Shown here piece after piece: positions 1-9,017 of a stretch of DNA of 33,704 nucleotides. The position numbers and the translations under genes were made by a program. This DNA is from a virus (Duplodnaviria; Caudoviricetes): positions 1 through 33,704 of the IMG/VR virus record IMGVR_UViG_3300010273_000169. The stretch is one strand, 5' to 3'. The notes under the pieces are model-generated. The model was not told the origin of the DNA. It did no database searches and saw nothing but the letters and a program-made list of their open reading frames with translations. How positions within the stretch are numbered: position 1 is the first letter of the stretch; the number at the start of each line of letters is the position of its first letter.

Positions 1-1209
1 TCACCCCTTAAGTGGGTGAATTAACTGGTCGTCGACAGTGTTGTTTCTATAGGCCACGCAATAAGCGCCCATGGAATCCCAACGACTTATATCGCTAACC
101 TCGCTCGACGCTGTAATACGAGCAACTTCTAAAAGCGTATCTCCCATTCTCTTAAACAAAACAATTCCATTAACGCTATTGCTATCATACACTCCTGCTA
201 GGAGATAGTTCTCGTCAGGCGTCCAAGAACCGCTCCTGATAAGATATTCATTTGACGTGAAGACTTTCGACCAAGTATCGTTAGGATTCCGCTTATACAT
301 ATCTACAACGAATCCATTACTGCCCAGCACGCAATAATTACCTTGAGGACTCATGAATATAGCGTTACCGCTGTAATTTACTCCGTCAAAGAGAGAGCTC
401 CCTGGATACGTATAGCGTGAGTATTTGATCAGATTACTGGTTATAGCCGAACCTTCCACTCCAAAGATGTTCTTTCCTCGAACAATATTCTCCGCAATAA
501 GATCAGAATCGCCTGCTACTTTACTCCCCGCAGCGTAGAAACCAGAAAGGGCTTGGTCTGAGGTACCAGGGGTAATTGTTTTGACGCCTTGATTAGTCAT
601 TGAGCCAGTGATCTTGTTTCCGTTAACGTAGGCCGTCTTGTTTTCGAGTATATCAGCAGCGCCAGCATTAGCATCGGCAGTGAAGTTGCCTGCTACGCCA
701 AAAAGGTCTTTACCTGCTCGGATATTTGCGGCAACAAGATCAGCGTCTCCTACCACATACCCAGACCCATTATGATATCCACTCGGAATAGCTTTGTTAG
801 AGGTACCAGGAGTAATCACTACGGCCCCCCGATTGGGCATCGTTCCTGTCTTTTTGGAACCTCCGGCGTAGAACGTCTTGCTACTCAATACCTCGCCTAC
901 GGCAGCAGTAGCGTCCTTGGAGATGTTTTGGATTTTGGCGGCCAACTCAGCAAAGGTCATGCTACCATCAGCCTGCTGCCCCATAGCGTAGATCGCCGAG
1001 GCAACTGCGGTCTTACCCGTGGTTACGTTACCAGCAAGCTCCTGCAAGACGCCTTCAACGTCAGTGGCAGTGAAGTTGCCGGCGGCGTCCTCTACATCGA
1101 TGGTCGCTGCCTTTTTGAGTTCGAGGATATTACCCTCAATCCGGTTCAGGGCACTTGGAGTAGGACTATCTGAGGCTGTCCAGTCGGTTTTGGGGGTCTG
1201 CCATGCCAT
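1..1209 (-). CDS. Tail fibre / receptor-binding protein (N-terminal anchor, two ~78-aa repeats, beta-propeller-like C-terminus)
   Basis: 402-aa ORF downstream of the baseplate hub. Repeats DATA..KTFY..TGTMPN..ITPGTS..GDADL..NI..GK..FGV.G at aa ~99-178 and ~179-254. The C-terminus has blade-like motifs (FMSPQGNY, SWTPDENYLLAG). Confidence 0.75.
   Translation of the reverse strand: MAWQTPKTDWTASDSPTPSALNRIEGNILELKKAATIDVEDAAGNFTATDVEGVLQELAGNVTTGKTAVASAIYAMGQQADGSMTFAELAAKIQNISKDATAAVGEVLSSKTFYAGGSKKTGTMPNRGAVVITPGTSNKAIPSGYHNGSGYVVGDADLVAANIRAGKDLFGVAGNFTADANAGAADILENKTAYVNGNKITGSMTNQGVKTITPGTSDQALSGFYAAGSKVAGDSDLIAENIVRGKNIFGVEGSAITSNLIKYSRYTYPGSSLFDGVNYSGNAIFMSPQGNYCVLGSNGFVVDMYKRNPNDTWSKVFTSNEYLIRSGSWTPDENYLLAGVYDSNSVNGIVLFKRMGDTLLEVARITASSEVSDISRWDSMGAYCVAYRNNTVDDQLIHPLKG
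448..915 (-). repeat. Tandem ~78-80 aa coding repeat within the tail fibre
   Basis: DATAAVGEVLSSKTFYAGGSKKTGTMPNRGAVVITPGTS...GDADLVAANIRAGKDLFGVAG vs DANAGAADILENKTAYVNGNKITGSMTNQGVKTITPGTS...GDSDLIAENIVRGKNIFGVEG. Confidence 0.9.
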
Positions 1210-1215
1210 GGGATA

Positions 1216-1407
1216 TCACCTGCACAGTTGATAGAGTTCGGCGAGCGCGGCCTCAAGGTTCATGAGTGTGAAATATCTACCTGCGTCCGCGATGTCGATG
1301 GTTACGGCTTTCTTAAGGTCAAGGATGTTGCCTTCCATGCGGTTGTAGTCTCGCCAGTCAGGATAGGCAGGAGAGCGCCAGTTGATTTTAGGTGTTTGCC
1401 AGGCCAT
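1216..1407 (-). CDS. Small baseplate/tail protein, paralogue of the tail-fibre N-terminal domain (63 aa)
   Basis: ATG at 1407 with AGGAG upstream; ungapped 31/58 aa identity to the first 58 aa of the tail fibre (both start MAWQTPK). Confidence 0.75.
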   Translation of the reverse strand: MAWQTPKINWRSPAYPDWRDYNRMEGNILDLKKAVTIDIADAGRYFTLMNLEAALAELYQLCR

Positions 1408-3277
1408 TCGGGACAACTCTCCTTCCGTTCAACCGGGCTCTCAACGCGCCCGTCCAGTTGATCTCTTGGCGCGTCACGAAGTAATCGTTCTGCTCGTTGC
1501 GATCGACAACCGTGACCCGATCGGCAAGAAGCACCGCAGGATTCCCGCGCCACTCCATCTCAACATCTCGACGAGGATTCTTAAATGATGCGAGGAGAGT
1601 GTTCGCTATAGTCTGAGCCGTAGCAAAGGTTTGGATAAGAGGATTGCCGGTCAACTTGTATGCCAGCCTACCGTTTTCAGTGATGGATGCTGGATCTTGG
1701 GCCATCGCTATCTCCCTATTGAGCACCCTAAGGGGTTTAGCCTGGATGATCAGCGTGAACGTACCCGCAGCCAGACTTTGCACAATGATGGTAGCACTCG
1801 TAGCATAATAGGTTGCGCTTTGGATGACACACCCTGAGGGCGCTTCTTCGAGAGTCGCAAAAGCTTCGATGCACGGCATTTGGTTGTAATAGACTGTGAG
1901 AGCCTTTGTCTCATCGGCCGCGATAACCACCGGCTCGTTCGATCTGTAGACCTCTTGCGTCACGTCAGGTCTCAGCGGAGTTGTTTCCACCTCAATGTAG
2001 TTGGCAACCTCGTCTGACCTTGCCGGGCTGTCCTTTCGGAAGTAATCAGCGGGTGTGATAACCAAATCGGATGTCGATTTGGACGCTAGGAAGGACGGTC
2101 CTTCAACGCGCAGTACTCCGTCGCGGTCGCAGTAGACCTGGCCCAAACATGCCTCTGCGATCTTGCGCAGGGCCTCACGCGGAGACTGAGGCTCAAACCA
2201 CGCATAAGGTATGATGTAGTTGTCTAGCTCAGGATCCACCCAGTATTCTTCGGGCTTCAGCCCCGCGGCCTCAAGCACCAAGACGGCAAGTTGTCTGAGT
2301 GACTTGTTGACCTGAACCTCGGCCGAGATATCCTGTTCTTTGCCAAGCAGGCCCAGGCGGTCTCTGCCGATAGTTGACGCCTCAACTCCGTCTTCAGGCG
2401 CTTTCCAGTCCCCTGACCAAAACACACCGAGGGGGACATACTCCCTGCCGGCGGGGGTATCTGTCCCAATCCAAGCCTTGATTCTTCGGTTGACCTTGAC
2501 CACGCCGTACAGAGGACTTGCGGTATTACCGGCATCGAACTTCCTGGTGGAGTTGTTGAGCCTGATGTCAATCTCGTTCGCGGATATGTTCCCAATAGGC
2601 AGACTGCCTTGACTAACCTCACGCTCCTCCAAGAGCCTGATAGAGATCAGGTCTTCGCCTTCGTACACTTCCTGAATGCTGGTGAAGAACTCTATTATCT
2701 TCACCTGCCGCCCTTCATGGCTCCATCTTGTGACGGTCAAGACCTGCTTGACCACATTCAAGATTGGAGCCGGCAGCGTCATCGACCAAGCTGCTTGTGT
2801 GTTGCCCGTCACGGTTTCGGTATGGAGTACAGCATCCGAAGCGTCGTATAGCGTAACTACGAAATCAACGGGATACTCGCCTCGGAGGGAGTCACCTGTT
2901 ACCTTGAGGCCGTGGACCGGTCTTGGTTGGTGGGTCACAGTGAGGGCCGGGTACGGCTCGACGAAGGCCCCATTCGCGCTAGATAGCTGCAAACCCCACC
3001 AGCCCATCTGATGCGTATCTGCTTCATCAGGATCAGGGGCAAGAGCGTATGTGCCGTCCAGGGTACAGGAGCCGTCCAATGAACCAATCTTGGCGAACGG
3101 CACGACTATCGAATCCGCTGTCTGAGCAGGGTAGGAGACATTCGCCCTCTCATTTACGGCCACAGATATACTTTGATCAAGGAAAGGGTCAGTGTAGTCC
3201 ACAGTTACCCTACCGAAAGTCCTACGCTCTATGGCCTTGAGCTCATCCATGAAGTCCTGCGTTACCGGATAGGGCAC
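1388..3277 (-). CDS. Baseplate hub / Tal-like tail protein
   Basis: 629 aa, directly after the Dit-like gene. Motifs EALRKIAEACLGQVYCDRDGVL and C-terminal EWRGNPAVLLADRV are typical of Firmicutes siphophage hub proteins. Confidence 0.75.
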   Translation of the reverse strand: MPYPVTQDFMDELKAIERRTFGRVTVDYTDPFLDQSISVAVNERANVSYPAQTADSIVVPFAKIGSLDGSCTLDGTYALAPDPDEADTHQMGWWGLQLSSANGAFVEPYPALTVTHQPRPVHGLKVTGDSLRGEYPVDFVVTLYDASDAVLHTETVTGNTQAAWSMTLPAPILNVVKQVLTVTRWSHEGRQVKIIEFFTSIQEVYEGEDLISIRLLEEREVSQGSLPIGNISANEIDIRLNNSTRKFDAGNTASPLYGVVKVNRRIKAWIGTDTPAGREYVPLGVFWSGDWKAPEDGVEASTIGRDRLGLLGKEQDISAEVQVNKSLRQLAVLVLEAAGLKPEEYWVDPELDNYIIPYAWFEPQSPREALRKIAEACLGQVYCDRDGVLRVEGPSFLASKSTSDLVITPADYFRKDSPARSDEVANYIEVETTPLRPDVTQEVYRSNEPVVIAADETKALTVYYNQMPCIEAFATLEEAPSGCVIQSATYYATSATIIVQSLAAGTFTLIIQAKPLRVLNREIAMAQDPASITENGRLAYKLTGNPLIQTFATAQTIANTLLASFKNPRRDVEMEWRGNPAVLLADRVTVVDRNEQNDYFVTRQEINWTGALRARLNGRRVVPNGLANT

Positions 3278-3299
3278 AGCGTCTCACCTCGGAAACCAG

Positions 3300-3644
3300 T
3301 CATCGTTCTATCAGGTTGAACTTGATATCCTTCCAGCGTACGACTCCGTTTCGGTAATCCAGAGCTCCTACCGTACGGTCTCCGCAGTAGAACGTTCCCG
3401 AGCGGGTTGCGCCGTCCTGCGGGTCGGGGAACTCCACTGTGAACAGTACAGGAGAAACGCGCTGGAGTAGAACTGACAGTTGCTCAGCACTCAGGTGGTC
3501 CCAGGCCAACTCCAATTTGCGCTTTGTGGCGATACGGTCAATGACCATATCGCCTTGCGCATTGCGACTGGCGTTGGAGATATCCATGATGCCTACCTGG
3601 AAACTACTGGGTATGGGTAGAGGTTGACCGTCTATGCTGATCAT
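3300..3644 (-). CDS. Distal tail protein (Dit-like, DUF6711-type)
   Basis: 114 aa immediately after the tape measure; RNAQGDMVIDRIATKRKLELAW ... FYCGDR ... FNLIER pattern. Confidence 0.75.
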   Translation of the reverse strand: MISIDGQPLPIPSSFQVGIMDISNASRNAQGDMVIDRIATKRKLELAWDHLSAEQLSVLLQRVSPVLFTVEFPDPQDGATRSGTFYCGDRTVGALDYRNGVVRWKDIKFNLIER

Positions 3645-3647
3645 TGT

Positions 3648-6095
3648 CTACCCTCCTGTCGGACTAAGGCGCAGCAGGGGTTTCCTACCTAGCCGTGTCA
3701 ACTCTTGGTCTATCTTGGGCAGCAACAACCTGGCCACTTCTCGTCCATCCATCTCGATAACCGTGTCTCCGGAATCACCGCTGCGACTGCTGCCGGAAGA
3801 CACTTGTATTGCGGACAGGACGGCCGTACCGACCGCGCTGGCAATAGCGTCCACGAAAGATGTGTTTTCCAGAGGTACAACGGCTTCCTTACCCTGTTCC
3901 CCGAGCATAGCGATTGTAGGGCGTTCGATAATGCCGCCAGTCGCAAGCTCAGGTATCTTAGGAATGGACAGCGTAATCATCGGTATCTGGCCCGTGACCT
4001 TACCAATAGTCGCGTTCCAGCCCTTTATGAGGGCGTTTATGGGAGCGAGGATGCCCTTTATCATGGTGTTGATGCCGTCAATAATGAAGTTGACGAACTT
4101 AACAAACGCACCTTTGGCAAAGTCCCAGACCGATCCGAATATGGTCTTTATGCCGTTCCAAGCCCGGCTCCAGTCCCCAGTAAACACCCCGGCGATGAAG
4201 TCGATGATCCCACCCAAGACCTGAAACACCATTTTCCCGACATCGACTATCACAGCGATAATAGAGCCCACCGTATCAATCACTGCGCCAAACACTTCTC
4301 GAAACGTAGGCCCGAAGAGGGTGGTGAGCCACTGGACAACCGGAGAGATGAACTTGTTGAAGATGTCCAGCGCCGCCGTGTACATCTTACCGACGAACTC
4401 ACGCACCGCCTCCAGCATTCCTCGGATGTGGTTGTCCCATAGGTTGGTGAGCATTTCGAGGGCCTTGCCGATGATGGGCTGGAATATCTCCGTCCACAGT
4501 TTGTGGCAGATATCACGGATATTGTTGAATGCCTCAATCAGGCCTGAGATTATCCTGCTGCCCCACGTGTCCCACCAAGCCTTCATGTCGTTCAAGGTGT
4601 CAAGCACTATCCTGGACACGAGCTTCATGGCCGGCTCAACGACGCCGGACCAGATGTCGTCAAACACCGACTTGACGGCACCAAGTAGAGACACCGCTGC
4701 GTCCATGAAACCTGAGCAATAGTCAGTGAACCATGACAGTCCGTCGGTGACGAACCACTCAAATATAGGGAACAAAGCGGCGTTCGCTGTATCCCATATT
4801 TGGAGAAAGGCATCGCCTGCACTGGACGCCAGCAGGCCCCACCACGTGGTCAGATTTGACAGCAGCATTGGTAAGCCTGCGCTCAACCAATCGCTGAAGG
4901 GCTGTGCCAGCGTCAGTAGGTCAGCCCACAGCGTGCCGAAACGCTGCCGGAACCCGTCGACTATCGGCGATATGAAGCCCCAGGCCGTGGTGAGCGCGCC
5001 CTGAATAGCCGTGAATGGCTCACTTGCTCGGAGTTCATCGAACTTGGTTTTTAGCGTATCCACCCAAGTTGTATCTGGCACTGATTCCACAAACTCCGGC
5101 ATGGCGATTCCCGCGAAAGGCGAGTTGTCCGTTGCCGCTTCTGCTGTCGCTTCCTCGCCTGAACCCTGGGCCAATACGTTGACCTCATCGAAGCCGGCGG
5201 TTGTCTGCTTAACAGCTTTATTGGTTGCTTCTACCTCGTTTGTAAGGGCTTCCTGAGCCGCTGTTGCGGCGTCAGTACCGCTGGTGTCGCCCATGGTCAT
5301 CTTGAGCCCCATGAGAGAGGCCAGAGCCTTCAACCCTGCCGTGGCCCACTGTACCAACTGGGTGAGACCTTTGATGATAGGCTGCAGCCCTGCGTTCAGG
5401 AACTGCCCCATGGTCGACATGAGGCCCTTGAAGGCTCCGGACAGAACCGCCAGTGAGAACGCGCTGCCCTGCTGCACTTCGGTACCGAAGTTCTTATTGG
5501 CCTGTTCGAGAATCGCAAGGGTCCTTACTTGCTGCTGCTCGTAGAAGGTGAGCTTTTCCCAGCTGCGCCCGTCAGCCATACGCTTGAAGGCGTCAGTACT
5601 TTCCAGCATGGCCACGTTGACGTTGATCCCGAGGTCCTCGATAGCCTCCGTGTTGCCCAGGAGACCGGAGCGGATGCGGTCCATGACGTCTTCCATTGTC
5701 CTGCCGGTCTTGGACGCTACTACTGCAGAGGCTTTCAGCATCGCGATAGTGACTTTGCTGTTCTCCGCTGTACCCGAGGTGATGTTCTTGAAGAGGTTCC
5801 CGTATATGGCCGCGTACTGGTAGGCGCTGGACTCGGCCATTCCGAAGCCCTTAGCCGTGTTCTCAGCGAAGTATCTGATGTACTTGGCCGAATCACCGAA
5901 GAGGCTATTAACCCTGAGAACGGAACTCTCCAAGCCGAGATACGCGCCCTCAAGAGCCTTTAGCCCAAACGCCGCGCCCGCTACTGCCAGTCCGGACTTG
6001 ACCAAGGAGGACAGCCCGTACCTGACCCTCTTCAGACCGCGGTCGAAACCAGTTGTGTCTGCGCCTATCCGTACACTAAGATCCTTTAGAGCCAT
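3648..6095 (-). CDS. Tail tape measure protein
   Basis: 815 aa, helical and Ala/Trp-periodic. Starts LSVRIGADTTGF, contains IRSGLLGNTEAIEDLGINV, ends with IPELATGGII...GEQGKEAVVPL; follows the tail chaperones. Confidence 0.92.
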   Translation of the reverse strand: MALKDLSVRIGADTTGFDRGLKRVRYGLSSLVKSGLAVAGAAFGLKALEGAYLGLESSVLRVNSLFGDSAKYIRYFAENTAKGFGMAESSAYQYAAIYGNLFKNITSGTAENSKVTIAMLKASAVVASKTGRTMEDVMDRIRSGLLGNTEAIEDLGINVNVAMLESTDAFKRMADGRSWEKLTFYEQQQVRTLAILEQANKNFGTEVQQGSAFSLAVLSGAFKGLMSTMGQFLNAGLQPIIKGLTQLVQWATAGLKALASLMGLKMTMGDTSGTDAATAAQEALTNEVEATNKAVKQTTAGFDEVNVLAQGSGEEATAEAATDNSPFAGIAMPEFVESVPDTTWVDTLKTKFDELRASEPFTAIQGALTTAWGFISPIVDGFRQRFGTLWADLLTLAQPFSDWLSAGLPMLLSNLTTWWGLLASSAGDAFLQIWDTANAALFPIFEWFVTDGLSWFTDYCSGFMDAAVSLLGAVKSVFDDIWSGVVEPAMKLVSRIVLDTLNDMKAWWDTWGSRIISGLIEAFNNIRDICHKLWTEIFQPIIGKALEMLTNLWDNHIRGMLEAVREFVGKMYTAALDIFNKFISPVVQWLTTLFGPTFREVFGAVIDTVGSIIAVIVDVGKMVFQVLGGIIDFIAGVFTGDWSRAWNGIKTIFGSVWDFAKGAFVKFVNFIIDGINTMIKGILAPINALIKGWNATIGKVTGQIPMITLSIPKIPELATGGIIERPTIAMLGEQGKEAVVPLENTSFVDAIASAVGTAVLSAIQVSSGSSRSGDSGDTVIEMDGREVARLLLPKIDQELTRLGRKPLLRLSPTGG

Positions 6096-6465
6096 TGGCT
6101 GTCCTCCTTTCCTTCAACGCTTTAAGCCGCGCCTCGAACTCTTCTTTGCTGATTTTGGGCGCGGGCTTCTTGCCGGAGTCCTTCACGTAGTGGGAGAATC
6201 TCCGGAGCTTGCCCGCGAATGACTCACCCACCCAAGCGGCCGTACGCCACGCGACGAATAGGCGTTCTTTACTCTCGTCTTGGCGCTTTTCGTTGTAGGC
6301 CCTTACACAGGCATTGAATTCCCACAGTTCCATATCCCACAGCTGAGGAGGTGGGACACCTACCCGGTACGCGGTTTCTACGAGTCGATCCCAGTCGAGG
6401 GTTCGGGGCTGGCCAGATGTTGGGGGGCCTCCGGAATCGGCATTCCCAGCAGCCCCCTGATCACG
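6076..6465 (-). CDS. Tail assembly chaperone, -1 frame part (gpGT-like; fused to the upstream chaperone, ~238-aa product)
   Basis: The frame of ORF 6076..6333 stays open back to the slippery site at 6471-6465 and reads ...TLDWDRLVETAYRVGVPPPQLWDMELWEF. There is no strong RBS before the ATG at 6333. Confidence 0.8.
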   Translation of the reverse strand, partial: RDQGAAGNADSGGPPTSGQPRTLDWDRLVETAYRVGVPPPQLWDMELWEFNACVRAYNEKRQDESKERLFVAWRTAAWVGESFAGKLRRFSHYVKDSGKKPAPKISKEEFEARLKALKERRTANGSKGS

Positions 6466-6791
6466 TTTTTTTGCTCATCCGATGCAGGGTACTTGGCCAA
6501 CTTGGCCTCGTTCTCTTCTACAGTCCCGCTAAACATGAGACGGACGACAATTCCCTGTACCGTGTGAAACAGGTCCAGGTAATCGTAATGCTCGAGCATT
6601 TCCGTACGAAAGGTCTTGTCGTCAGTCTTCTTCGCCGCAATCTCCACGATAGTTACCAGTTCGTCTATAGTAGCCTCATTAAGCTTTTCGAAGAGTTGAA
6701 TCACGGGGATCTTGAACCGGCGCTCAATGGCCATTGCGGTCCCGAGTTTCGTGGAGAGCTCATATTCCTTCTCGCCTATCTGGATGAACAT
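6378..6791 (-). CDS. Tail assembly chaperone (gpG-like)
   Basis: 137 aa between tail tube and tape measure; GGAGG RBS; starts MFIQIGEKEYEL. Confidence 0.85.
   Translation of the reverse strand: MFIQIGEKEYELSTKLGTAMAIERRFKIPVIQLFEKLNEATIDELVTIVEIAAKKTDDKTFRTEMLEHYDYLDLFHTVQGIVVRLMFSGTVEENEAKLAKYPASDEQKNVIRGLLGMPIPEAPQHLASPEPSTGIDS
6423..6471 (-). promoter_or_regulatory. Programmed -1 ribosomal frameshift signal: A-AAA-AAC heptamer plus 3' hairpin
   Basis: In-frame CAA AAA AAC (heptamer 6471-6465). Seven nt downstream is the hairpin GGGGGCT..GGAAT-GCCG-ATTCC..GGCCCCC (6457-6423). The -1 frame is open to 6076. Confidence 0.85.
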
Positions 6792-6801
6792 AGCTGCCTC
6801 C

Positions 6802-7212
6802 TTACGTTTCTGGCGTAGTCAGATCAGGCTTACCGTTGCCGGCGACGCTGATGCTGATGTCCGCTTTGCCGTCCGCAGCGTGAGAGATGGAAAGACTTTC
6901 GATAATACACGGTCCCGACAGGAACGTGTCGTCATCTAGGTAGAAGCTGGCCTCCAACTCCGAACCATCGTCATATGCGTCCATCAGATCCTTCTGACCG
7001 CTGGTTGTGGCAAAGTCCGCAGTTCCGTCGAAGGATGCAGTCCAATCCTTGATGCCGGCAATCTTCTCCTTTGCATCGGAGCCCAAGGAAACGACCTCGA
7101 TGATCTCTCGAGAGAGATCCACCGTCCAGCCCGACATGTGAGCGATATCGACTGCAGCTGCAGTGCCCTTCTTGACGGCTATCTTGCCTGTAACGCCTGT
7201 ATAAAGTGCCAT
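6802..7212 (-). CDS. Major tail tube protein
   Basis: ATG at 7212 with AGGAGG; MALYTGVTGKI...WTVDLSREIIEV...GIKDWTASFDG, lambda gpV/TP901-like tube pattern. Confidence 0.85.
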   Translation of the reverse strand: MALYTGVTGKIAVKKGTAAAVDIAHMSGWTVDLSREIIEVVSLGSDAKEKIAGIKDWTASFDGTADFATTSGQKDLMDAYDDGSELEASFYLDDDTFLSGPCIIESLSISHAADGKADISISVAGNGKPDLTTPET

Positions 7213-7214
7213 TC

Positions 7215-7562
7215 TCAATACCTCCTAACCTGGAAATTCACCGTGTACTCATAGCGGGGTGGGTTATGGTTATCCACACCGATATCCACAATGGGTGTGG
7301 ATTGTATGCTGCTGATTACCCCGTCCGAATAACGCCCCAAAATGCCGGCAACGGCCTCCGCTCTCGCGTACGCCGCTGCCGCAGTCGTGTCCCTCGCCCT
7401 GGCTTGTACACCATGAACGACGTCCATACCGCCAAAGTGATGTTCCGGAGGTGTTACCGGGTACTCGTAGAGCGTCACGCACCCGTCCGGCTTGTGCGGC
7501 TGCTGACTGAGAAACGCATCTTCGAGCCCAGGAATTGTGGCGAGGATATCGAGTATGTTCAT
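7215..7562 (-). CDS. Tail terminator / minor capsid-3-like protein
   Basis: 115 aa before the tail tube; VQARAR and DIGVDNHN..RYEYTVNF motifs. Confidence 0.75.
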   Translation of the reverse strand: MNILDILATIPGLEDAFLSQQPHKPDGCVTLYEYPVTPPEHHFGGMDVVHGVQARARDTTAAAAYARAEAVAGILGRYSDGVISSIQSTPIVDIGVDNHNPPRYEYTVNFQVRRY

Positions 7563-8044
7563 TACCGGATGCTCCTCTCCACGATTTGATGAATACGCTT
7601 GATGTAGCGGTCCTTGCGTTCCTCGAATGGTCTCTCCAGGTACTTCGCTTCGCCGCCGGCAACCATGTTGATTGTCTGGCCGGCGTTCTTTCCGGACATG
7701 ATCTTGCGTCCATCAGTTCGGTCATGCCGGAGTGAAAGGTCTTCGTGCTGTCTGAGGGCGTAGGGGAGAGAGTAGCCCACGGTAGCGGTTGCTTTCGTGG
7801 TCGAAGAAGGTGTGGCCCCCGTTGACTTCTTGTTGGCGAAGATACCTACGCCGTTCAAGTCCGCGTGGCAGTTGTTCCGGAGGTCACCCGACTCAATAGG
7901 CGCGCGCTTCGCGCTCTCCGCAGAGAGGTCTAGCGCGCATTCTCGTACGGCCTTCACCGTCTCCTGGGGATTTCTCAGTAGAGCGCGCTTGATTTGCCGG
8001 TTCAGCGCCTTGTCGTCGATTTGGATAGCCGTCCTCTTGGCCAC
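7562..8044 (-). CDS. HK97 gp10-like neck protein
   Basis: APIESGDLRN, VGYSLPYALRQHE and AKYLERPF motifs. Confidence 0.85.
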   Translation of the reverse strand: MAKRTAIQIDDKALNRQIKRALLRNPQETVKAVRECALDLSAESAKRAPIESGDLRNNCHADLNGVGIFANKKSTGATPSSTTKATATVGYSLPYALRQHEDLSLRHDRTDGRKIMSGKNAGQTINMVAGGEAKYLERPFEERKDRYIKRIHQIVERSIR

Positions 8045-8329
8045 CTACGTCACCGCCTTGTAACCCAGAACAGTCCCGCCGAGCCCCCTCATCTCGCTTA
8101 CCAACTGCACTCTGCGCCCGTCCAGACTGTCTCCTTCCTTAACGACCTGCGATAGGTAGTAGACGTACTCAGCCCTCACGGTTCGTTTGTCAGGCATGAT
8201 GATCTCCTGTGTTTGGGCCTGACGCCTACAGGATACGGAAACCTCGTCACCATATACCGGCTGCCCTCGGTTGTCCGATCCCACGAGAGGCGCATAGAAC
8301 GCCGTCTGGTTGAGGTAGGTATCGAACAT
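8045..8329 (-). CDS. Head closure / head-tail joining protein
   Basis: 94 aa, beta-rich, DNRGQPVY motif, position between adaptor and neck. Confidence 0.7.
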   Translation of the reverse strand: MFDTYLNQTAFYAPLVGSDNRGQPVYGDEVSVSCRRQAQTQEIIMPDKRTVRAEYVYYLSQVVKEGDSLDGRRVQLVSEMRGLGGTVLGYKAVT

Positions 8330-8338
8330 CGTTTCGTA

Positions 8339-8818
8339 TCACCTCACTGCGTAGGCGCCCGTCAGGTAAGGCGACAGAAGCAGTTTTGCCTTGGGGCACA
8401 GAAGGCTTCTAGCGCCGGTTGAAGTGCCGTTGTACGTCTCAGAGAGATCACCCACCGAGAAGGACTTGACGCCCTGGCCCTGCAACGCTCTGCGCTGTTC
8501 GGCCTCAGACTGTTTTACGTCATCCGAAAGCCATACTGCCAGCTCAACTTGAGCGGATTTGACCGCTTCCGGAACTTCGGACGTGTAGTCTTGCCAGGGT
8601 AAACGCCGGGGAAAGGCGAGCAGTTGCCCGTCCTCAGCCTTTCGACCGTGGAAGGGCAACTGCTCCATCTCGGAACAGGCGTCCACGAGGAGGATTGCCT
8701 TGTCGATCTCAGAAAGCGCTGCCCAACGAGTCCTAGCGGCGCTGGTGCTTCGATAGTGGGTGCTGACGTAGGTGTCAGCTTCGGCTACAGTGACGTAAGT
8801 GTCAGTTCCTACCTGCAT
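8339..8818 (-). CDS. Head-tail adaptor (DnaT-like/Ad1 family)
   Basis: DTYVTVAEADTY, QLLAFPR, VKSAQVELA and KSFSVGDLSETY motifs; ATG overlaps the upstream TGA. Confidence 0.85.
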   Translation of the reverse strand: MQVGTDTYVTVAEADTYVSTHYRSTSAARTRWAALSEIDKAILLVDACSEMEQLPFHGRKAEDGQLLAFPRRLPWQDYTSEVPEAVKSAQVELAVWLSDDVKQSEAEQRRALQGQGVKSFSVGDLSETYNGTSTGARSLLCPKAKLLLSPYLTGAYAVR

Positions 8819-8973
8819 CACTTAGCCTCCTCAGTCTTGCTGCGTTCATCCTTCAGCTTCGAGGTTTTCTCGGTCACTTTCTCCCAGTCCGGAGAACGCT
8901 CAAAAGTCTGAGCCGCCACCTCAGATGACGGCTCAACGACTGTTCCCGTTAGCTTATTCTTGTACTTCGCCAT
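8818..8973 (-). CDS. Small post-capsid protein (51 aa, missing from the ORF track): MAKYKNKLTGTVVEPSSEVAAQTFERSPDWEKVTEKTSKLKDERSKTEEAK
   Basis: Translated by hand; GGGAGGTG RBS; TGATG coupling to the adaptor gene. Confidence 0.8.
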   Translation of the reverse strand: MAKYKNKLTGTVVEPSSEVAAQTFERSPDWEKVTEKTSKLKDERSKTEEAK

Positions 8974-9017
8974 GTTTCCACCTCCCTTGCCACGCACACC
9001 CTAGCCGAGAGAAAGCA

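Noticed and set aside
1036-1407. Diversity-generating retroelement TR/VR pair suggested by the duplicated MAWQTPK segment
   Set aside because: Differences involve all four bases rather than adenines only, the duplicate is N-terminal, and there is no reverse transcriptase in the window.
6422-6427. C6 run as the chaperone frameshift site
   Set aside because: It does not fit X-XXY-YYZ in frame; it is the 3' arm of the stimulatory hairpin for the canonical A-AAA-AAC site.
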